Origin: Acidimicrobiales bacterium
GTDB taxonomy: Bacteria > Actinomycetota > Acidimicrobiia > Acidimicrobiales > Palsa-688
NCBI GenBank assembly: GCA_036501785.1
Contig: DASXZS010000224.1
Coordinates: forward strand, 1 to 30,351
Length of the DNA: 30,351 nucleotides
Reading direction: 5' to 3'
Both the position numbers and the translations under genes were made by a program. Position 1 is the stretch's first letter, and every line of letters begins with the position of its first letter. Positions 25,985 to 30,351 of this stretch are shown here, one piece after another. The notes below the pieces were generated by a model. That model worked only from the letters and a program-made list of their open reading frames with translations. It searched no databases and was not told the DNA's origin.

Positions 25985-27042
25985 CAGTCACCCTCCAGCA
26001 CGCAGACGAGGTTCTGCTGCAGCAGCGGGCCACTGGTGGCGTGGGCCAGGGCGCGCTGGGCGGTGCCGTCGATGATGCGGGCCGCCGCTTCCACGATGCG
26101 GACGAGCCCTACCGCCATGATGGGGTTGCCGGCCAGCGGCCCACCCGACGGGTTGATGTTGGCACCGGCGTCCAGGCCCAGGGATTGCCGCAGGATGACC
26201 TCCTGCGGACTGAAGGTGGACGACAGCTCGACCACGTCGAGGGGCCCGCCGTCGTAGCCGGCCTTCCGGGCGGCCAAGGTGGTCGACGACGACGTCGTCA
26301 GATGCCGCACACCCGGCTGGTGGGCCTCGACGCGGTGATCCATGCCCCGGATCCAGGCCGGCCGCGGGCACAGCGCCCGGGCCTTGTCGCCGCGGGCCAG
26401 GATGACCGCCACCGCCGCGTCGGAGATGGGCGGGACGTCGTGGCGGCGCAGCGGGGCCCGGAAATAGGGCTCGGCCAGGAGGGCGTCGACGTCGACGTCG
26501 CCGGCCAGTTGGGCGTTGGGGTTGGCCTTGGCGTGGCGGCGGCTGCGGGCCACCACCTCGGCGAAGTCCCGCTCGGTGGCCTTGCCGGCGTCGAGCAGGG
26601 CCCGGGCCTGGATGCCGGCGAGCGAGACCGGATCGACGCCGAGCGGGGCCAGGTAGTACGGGTCGAGCTGCTGGGCCCACACCTCGGCGGGGTCGGACGG
26701 CGACGACTTGCCCGACCCGAAGGCCAGGGCCACGTCGATGCCGTCCTCCTGCAGCCGCATCCAGGCCTCGTACATGGCCCAGGCCCCGTCGGCTTCGACA
26801 TGGGACTCGGAGATGGGCGGCCAGGCACCGGCGGCTTCCAGGTTGGTCACGAAGGCGAAAGGACCGCCCGTCAGGTAGTCACAGCTCCCCGCACAGGTGA
26901 ACCCGATGTCGCGGCGCTCGATGCCGGCCTTGTCAATGGCTCCCTGTACCGTCGGGACGAGGAGCTGCACCTCGCTGGGACCGGCCCGGCGCACCGACGG
27001 GGACTGGGCGTAGCCGACGATGGCGATATCGGTGGCGGGCAT
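25984..27042 (-). CDS. ltp4: Thiolase-fold protein, Ltp4-like
   Basis: DIGFTCAGSCDYLTG..F, PPISESHVEADGAWAMYEAW, GKSS, QNLVCVLEGD match Ltp4 (Rv3522). ATG 27042 overlaps the upstream stop. Confidence 0.85.
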   Translation of the reverse strand: MPATDIAIVGYAQSPSVRRAGPSEVQLLVPTVQGAIDKAGIERRDIGFTCAGSCDYLTGGPFAFVTNLEAAGAWPPISESHVEADGAWAMYEAWMRLQEDGIDVALAFGSGKSSPSDPAEVWAQQLDPYYLAPLGVDPVSLAGIQARALLDAGKATERDFAEVVARSRRHAKANPNAQLAGDVDVDALLAEPYFRAPLRRHDVPPISDAAVAVILARGDKARALCPRPAWIRGMDHRVEAHQPGVRHLTTSSSTTLAARKAGYDGGPLDVVELSSTFSPQEVILRQSLGLDAGANINPSGGPLAGNPIMAVGLVRIVEAAARIIDGTAQRALAHATSGPLLQQNLVCVLEGD

Positions 27043-27644
27043 CAGAAGATGTGCTCCTTGTAGACGGCCTCTGACGCGTCGGGCTCGCCGGTCGCTTCGA
27101 AGGCCTCGACGACGGTGCCCAGGCCGCCCCAGCCCCGGTTGGAGAACCCGGCCGCGCTGCGTTCGGCGGGCGGCTTCCAGACGGCCTTGACCCGCAGCCC
27201 GGTGCGCAGCCGGGCGTGGGGGATGCCGACGATGTCCTGCCCGCCGAGGGCGGTGTCGGCGCCGTCCAGGAGCACCGACGCGTACACGAACGGCTCGGTC
27301 TCCTTCTGGCCGTAGTAGGCGACCGGCGTGATGACGGTAAAGCCGGTCACGGTCCCGCGGTCGACCAGCGCCACCTCGTCGGCCTCGCTGGTCGTCACCA
27401 CGCACAGGGGGCAGTAGCCCTTGGAGGGCACGTAGACGCGGCCGCAGGACGGGCACTGGTGGCCGACGATGTGGCCCTCGAGCAGCCGGTCGACGAACCG
27501 GTTGAGGTTGGGGGTGAGCTGCTCGCGGTAGGTGAGGGAGACCAGGTGCTCCATCACCAGGTACTCCTTTGGCACCAGGTACTCCTTTGGCACCAGGTGC
27601 TCCTTTGGCACCAAGTGCTCCGTCTGCTCTGGCGCATCGGTCAT
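27042..27644 (-). CDS. DUF35 Zn-ribbon/OB-fold protein (like the C-terminal half of Rv3521)
   Basis: CPSC..CPLC ribbon, GTVTGFTVI, PFVYASVLLDGAD, GLRVKAVWKP, TGEPDA..YKEHIF. Confidence 0.85.
   Translation of the reverse strand: MTDAPEQTEHLVPKEHLVPKEYLVPKEYLVMEHLVSLTYREQLTPNLNRFVDRLLEGHIVGHQCPSCGRVYVPSKGYCPLCVVTTSEADEVALVDRGTVTGFTVITPVAYYGQKETEPFVYASVLLDGADTALGGQDIVGIPHARLRTGLRVKAVWKPPAERSAAGFSNRGWGGLGTVVEAFEATGEPDASEAVYKEHIF
27540..27621. repeat. 18-bp in-frame tandem repeat (EHLVPK/EYLVPK) x about 4.5
   Basis: CACCAGGTACTCCTTTGG x2 and CACCAGGTGCTCCTTTGG, with partial flanking copies. Confidence 0.92.
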
Positions 27645-28093
27645 GACCGGACCGGTTCCCAGGCTTCGAGGTCGGTGACCAGCCCGTGCGGCTCGGGGCG
27701 GAAGCGGGGCTGCACCTTCATCCCGGTTGACATGGCGTCGATGGTGCCGGCGTCGACGGCGTGCACCATGGCCGTGTCCGCCCCGTCGGGGGTGACCAGG
27801 GCGAAGGCGAAGGGATGGTCGAGCGGGTGCTTGGCGCTGGGCTGGTCCACCCAGGTCCAGGCCGTCACCGTGCCGTGCGGACCCACCGGGACCATTTCGG
27901 TCCCCAGCGTCGCGCCGGTCTCGGGGTCGTACTCGAGCGGGGGCATCAGCACCCGGCCGTCCGTGGCCCGGATGCCCAGCAACCGGCCCTCGCGCAGCCC
28001 TTCCAGGAAGGCGCCGACCACGGGGCCGAGGGTGCGGCTGTAGGGGAACTCGAGTTTGGTCTCCGTGGTTCTCAGCACTGTGGTTCTCAGCAC
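27641..28093 (-). CDS. DUF35 OB-fold protein lacking Zn cysteines (like the N-terminal half of Rv3521)
   Basis: KLEFPYSRTLGPVVGAF..GIRATDGRVLMPPLEYDPETG..GTVTAWTW..PFAFALVTPDGADTAMVHAVD. GTG 28093 or 28078 start. Confidence 0.82.
   Translation of the reverse strand: MLRTTVLRTTETKLEFPYSRTLGPVVGAFLEGLREGRLLGIRATDGRVLMPPLEYDPETGATLGTEMVPVGPHGTVTAWTWVDQPSAKHPLDHPFAFALVTPDGADTAMVHAVDAGTIDAMSTGMKVQPRFRPEPHGLVTDLEAWEPVRS
28064..28093. repeat. 15-bp tandem duplication covering the start codon (VLRTT x2)
   Basis: CGTGGTTCTCAGCAC / TGTGGTTCTCAGCAC. Confidence 0.85.
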
Positions 28094-28101
28094 TCCAAAA
28101 T

Positions 28102-28115
28102 AAGAACACATTCTA
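28102..28115. promoter_or_regulatory. KstR-like operator overlapping a -10 box (TAGAAT on the minus strand)
   Basis: AAGAACACATTCTA versus KstR consensus TnnAACnnGTTnnA (two mismatches), in an AT-rich gap upstream of DUF35-DUF35-ltp4-ltp3. Confidence 0.6.
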
Positions 28116-28159
28116 GTTATGGGAGCAAACGAACCGCGAAGTCGCGGTGGTCGGTCCGG

Positions 28160-29284
28160 CTAGGCGGGTTCAGCGGCCAGAGTGGCGCCCAGCCGTTGCA
28201 ACTGCTGGGTGGCCCCGCCGAGCATGAACTCGATCTGTTTGGCCCAGATGAAATAGCGGTGGATGGTGTGCTCGTTGGCCACGCCCATGCCACCGTGCAG
28301 GTGGACCGCGGCGTGAGCCACCCGGTGGCCGGCTTCGGCAGCCCAGAACTTGGCCACCTCCACCTCGGTCGTGGCCGGCCGGCCCTCGCTCAGGCGCCAG
28401 GCGGCCTGCCACAGGGTGAGGCGGGCTGCTTCGGTGTCGATGTAGCTGTCGGCGCACCGGTGCCCGACGGCCTGGAAGGTGGCGATGGGCCGTTCGAACT
28501 GCACCCGGGTCTTGGTGTACTCGGCGGTGTCCGCCAGGGCTTGCTCGACGACGCCCAGCTGGAAGGCGCACCAGGCCGCGGTGACGTGCTCCACGATGCG
28601 GCGCAGGATGTCGGCCCCGGCCGCCTCCGAGCCGAGGACGGCTGCAGCGGGTACCGGCGCCTGGTCGAGGACCAACTGGGCGACGCTGTCCCGGTTGGTG
28701 GTCACCTGGCGGGTGACGGTCATCCCGGGCGTCCCTTTTTCCACCAGGAAGCAGGCCACCTGTCCGGGCTCGACGCGGGCCGGGACCACGAACAGGTCGG
28801 CGATGGGGCCGGCGGGCACCGCCGTCTTGATGCCGTGCAGGCGGTAGCCATCGCCGTCCGGAGTGGCCGTGGTGGCCGGCGCCGCCGCGTCCGGGTTGTG
28901 CGACTCGGCCAGGGCCGCGGTGAGCACCGCTCGCCCCTCGATGGCGGGCCGGACCCAGGTGTCGCGCTGGGCGGCCGTTCCGTAGCGGGCGATAGGGGCG
29001 GCCGCCCCGACGATGGCGGGCAGCACCGGCACCGGTGCCAGCCGGCGCCCGAGCTCCTCGAGGACCAGGCACTGCTCGATGAACCCGAAGCCGCCGCCGC
29101 CTGATTCCGCGGGCAGGGCGATGCCCAGCAGGTCCGCGTCGGCCAGGGTGCGCCACAGTTCGGGGTCGAAGCGGTCGGTTCCGGCTTCGATCTCCCGCAG
29201 CCGGTCAGGGGTGGCTTTGTCGGCCAGGATGCGCCGGGCCAGGGCCGCGATCTCCAGCTGCTCGTCAGTGAAGGCGAAGTCCAT
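28160..29284 (-). CDS. fadE27: Acyl-CoA dehydrogenase, FadE27/ChsE5-like (beta subunit of a heterotetrameric ACAD)
   Basis: MDFAFTDEQ, RVQFERPIATFQAVGHRCAD, VAKFWAAEAGHRVAH..LHGGMG; adjacent to the fadE26-like gene. Confidence 0.75.
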   Translation of the reverse strand: MDFAFTDEQLEIAALARRILADKATPDRLREIEAGTDRFDPELWRTLADADLLGIALPAESGGGGFGFIEQCLVLEELGRRLAPVPVLPAIVGAAAPIARYGTAAQRDTWVRPAIEGRAVLTAALAESHNPDAAAPATTATPDGDGYRLHGIKTAVPAGPIADLFVVPARVEPGQVACFLVEKGTPGMTVTRQVTTNRDSVAQLVLDQAPVPAAAVLGSEAAGADILRRIVEHVTAAWCAFQLGVVEQALADTAEYTKTRVQFERPIATFQAVGHRCADSYIDTEAARLTLWQAAWRLSEGRPATTEVEVAKFWAAEAGHRVAHAAVHLHGGMGVANEHTIHRYFIWAKQIEFMLGGATQQLQRLGATLAAEPA

Positions 29285-29288
29285 GGCC

Positions 29289-30351
29289 TTACCGGGGCGC
29301 CCGGGGCATGCCGAGGGCCACCATGGAGATGATGTCCCGTTGGATCTCGTTGGTCCCGCCCCCGAACGTGAGGATGAGGGCCGAGCGGTAGGCCCGTTCG
29401 ATCCGGCCTCGCACCACCGCGGCGGGGGAGCCGCCTGCGACGTAGGCGTCCTCGCCCATGCACTCCATGAGCAGGCGGTACGCCTCGGTGTAGAACTCGG
29501 TGCCGAACACCTTGGTGGCCGAGGCGTCCGCCGGGCTGACGCCGTTGTTGACCCCCCAGGCGATCTTCCAGTTGATCAGCTTGAGGAACTCGGTCTTGGC
29601 GTGCACCCGGGCCAGGTTGATCTGCACCCACTCCTGGTCGATGATCCGCCGCCCATCGGGCAGCCGGGTCGCCTGGGCCCAGCGGCGCACCTCGTGCAGC
29701 GACTGCTGCACCCCCGCGGCCGAGCACAACGCCACCCGCTCGCGGTTGAGCTGGCCGGTGATCAGTTTCCAGCCCCCGTGTTCCTCGCCGATGAGGGCAC
29801 TGGTGGGCACCCGGACGTCCTCGTAGAACGTCTGGCTGGTGGTGGTCCCCGTAACCGTCGGCACCGGCGTCCATCTGAACCCGGGCGCGTCGGTGGGCAC
29901 CACCAGCACCGACAGGCCCTGGTGGCGGCGCTCCTCCGGGTTGGTCCGGACCGCCAGCCACACGTAGTCGGCGTACTGGATCAGGCTGGTCCACATCTTC
30001 TGGCCGTTGATGACGAACTCCTCGCCGTCGCGGGCCGCCTTGGTCTTGAGGGCCGCCAGATCGGTCCCGGCGTCCGGCTCGGAGTAGCCGATGGCGAAGT
30101 GCAGGTTGCCGGAGAGGATCCGGGGCAGGAAGAAGTCGCGTTGCTCGGGGGTGCCGTAGGCCATGATCATGGGGCCGATGGCGTTGATGGTGAGGAAGGG
30201 CACGGGGGCGCCGGCCTTGGCTGCCTCGTCGGTGAAGATCAGTTGCTCCAGCATGGAGCGGTTTTGGCCGCCGTACTCCGCCGGCCACCCGATCCCGAGC
30301 CAGTCGTCCTCGCCCATGCACTCCATGAGCAGGCGGTACGCCTCGGTGTAG
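29289..30351 (-). CDS. fadE26: Acyl-CoA dehydrogenase, FadE26/ChsE4-like; 5' end outside the window and apparently rearranged
   Basis: WLGIGWPAEYGGQ, IFTDEAAKAGAPVPFLTIN, FAIGYSEPDAGTDLA, GQKMWTSLIQYADYVWLAVRT, LILTFGGGTNEIQRDII. Confidence 0.85.
   Translation of the reverse strand, partial: YTEAYRLLMECMGEDDWLGIGWPAEYGGQNRSMLEQLIFTDEAAKAGAPVPFLTINAIGPMIMAYGTPEQRDFFLPRILSGNLHFAIGYSEPDAGTDLAALKTKAARDGEEFVINGQKMWTSLIQYADYVWLAVRTNPEERRHQGLSVLVVPTDAPGFRWTPVPTVTGTTTSQTFYEDVRVPTSALIGEEHGGWKLITGQLNRERVALCSAAGVQQSLHEVRRWAQATRLPDGRRIIDQEWVQINLARVHAKTEFLKLINWKIAWGVNNGVSPADASATKVFGTEFYTEAYRLLMECMGEDAYVAGGSPAAVVRGRIERAYRSALILTFGGGTNEIQRDIISMVALGMPRAPR
29447..29493. repeat. 47-bp exact direct repeat, copy 1
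   Basis: CGTCCTCGCCCATGCACTCCATGAGCAGGCGGTACGCCTCGGTGTAG, identical to 30305-30351. Confidence 0.95.
30305..30351. repeat. 47-bp exact direct repeat, copy 2 (truncated by the window end)
   Basis: Same 47-mer, 858 bp (286 codons) from copy 1. Confidence 0.95.

Overview
High-GC actinobacterial DNA (gene content suggests Acidimicrobiia; inference). It is mostly housekeeping and accessory metabolism, with no rRNA, intact tRNA, CRISPR array or transposase that I can support. Gene order: partial GH63 glucosidase; lon, hup (HU with a Lys/Ala tail) and a stand-alone histone-H1/Hc2-like protein; PIG-L deacetylase and cofC; RpiB-like, RibD-C-like and rnhB; an Asp-box-repeat lipoprotein plus a small Cys-rich protein, divergent from a MarR regulator; an internally deleted acyl-CoA dehydrogenase pseudogene; acetoacetate-CoA ligase; an RCK K+ channel; a LexA-boxed imuA'-imuB pair with no adjacent dnaE2; an acyltransferase-3/SGNH protein, a PAP2_3 protein and an HNH lipoprotein; a GH38 alpha-mannosidase; and a sterol side-chain-type cluster (fadE26/fadE27-like, two DUF35 genes, ltp4, ltp3) with a KstR-like operator. 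The most notable signals are the lon-hup-H1-like module with phased CTTG-N5-CAAG palindromes, an in-frame 858-bp duplication junction or chimera in fadE26 at the window end, several gene-decay scars, a promoter followed by alternative hairpins at 14.2-14.3 kb, and many short tandem duplications. Family assignments come from motif recognition, not database searches.
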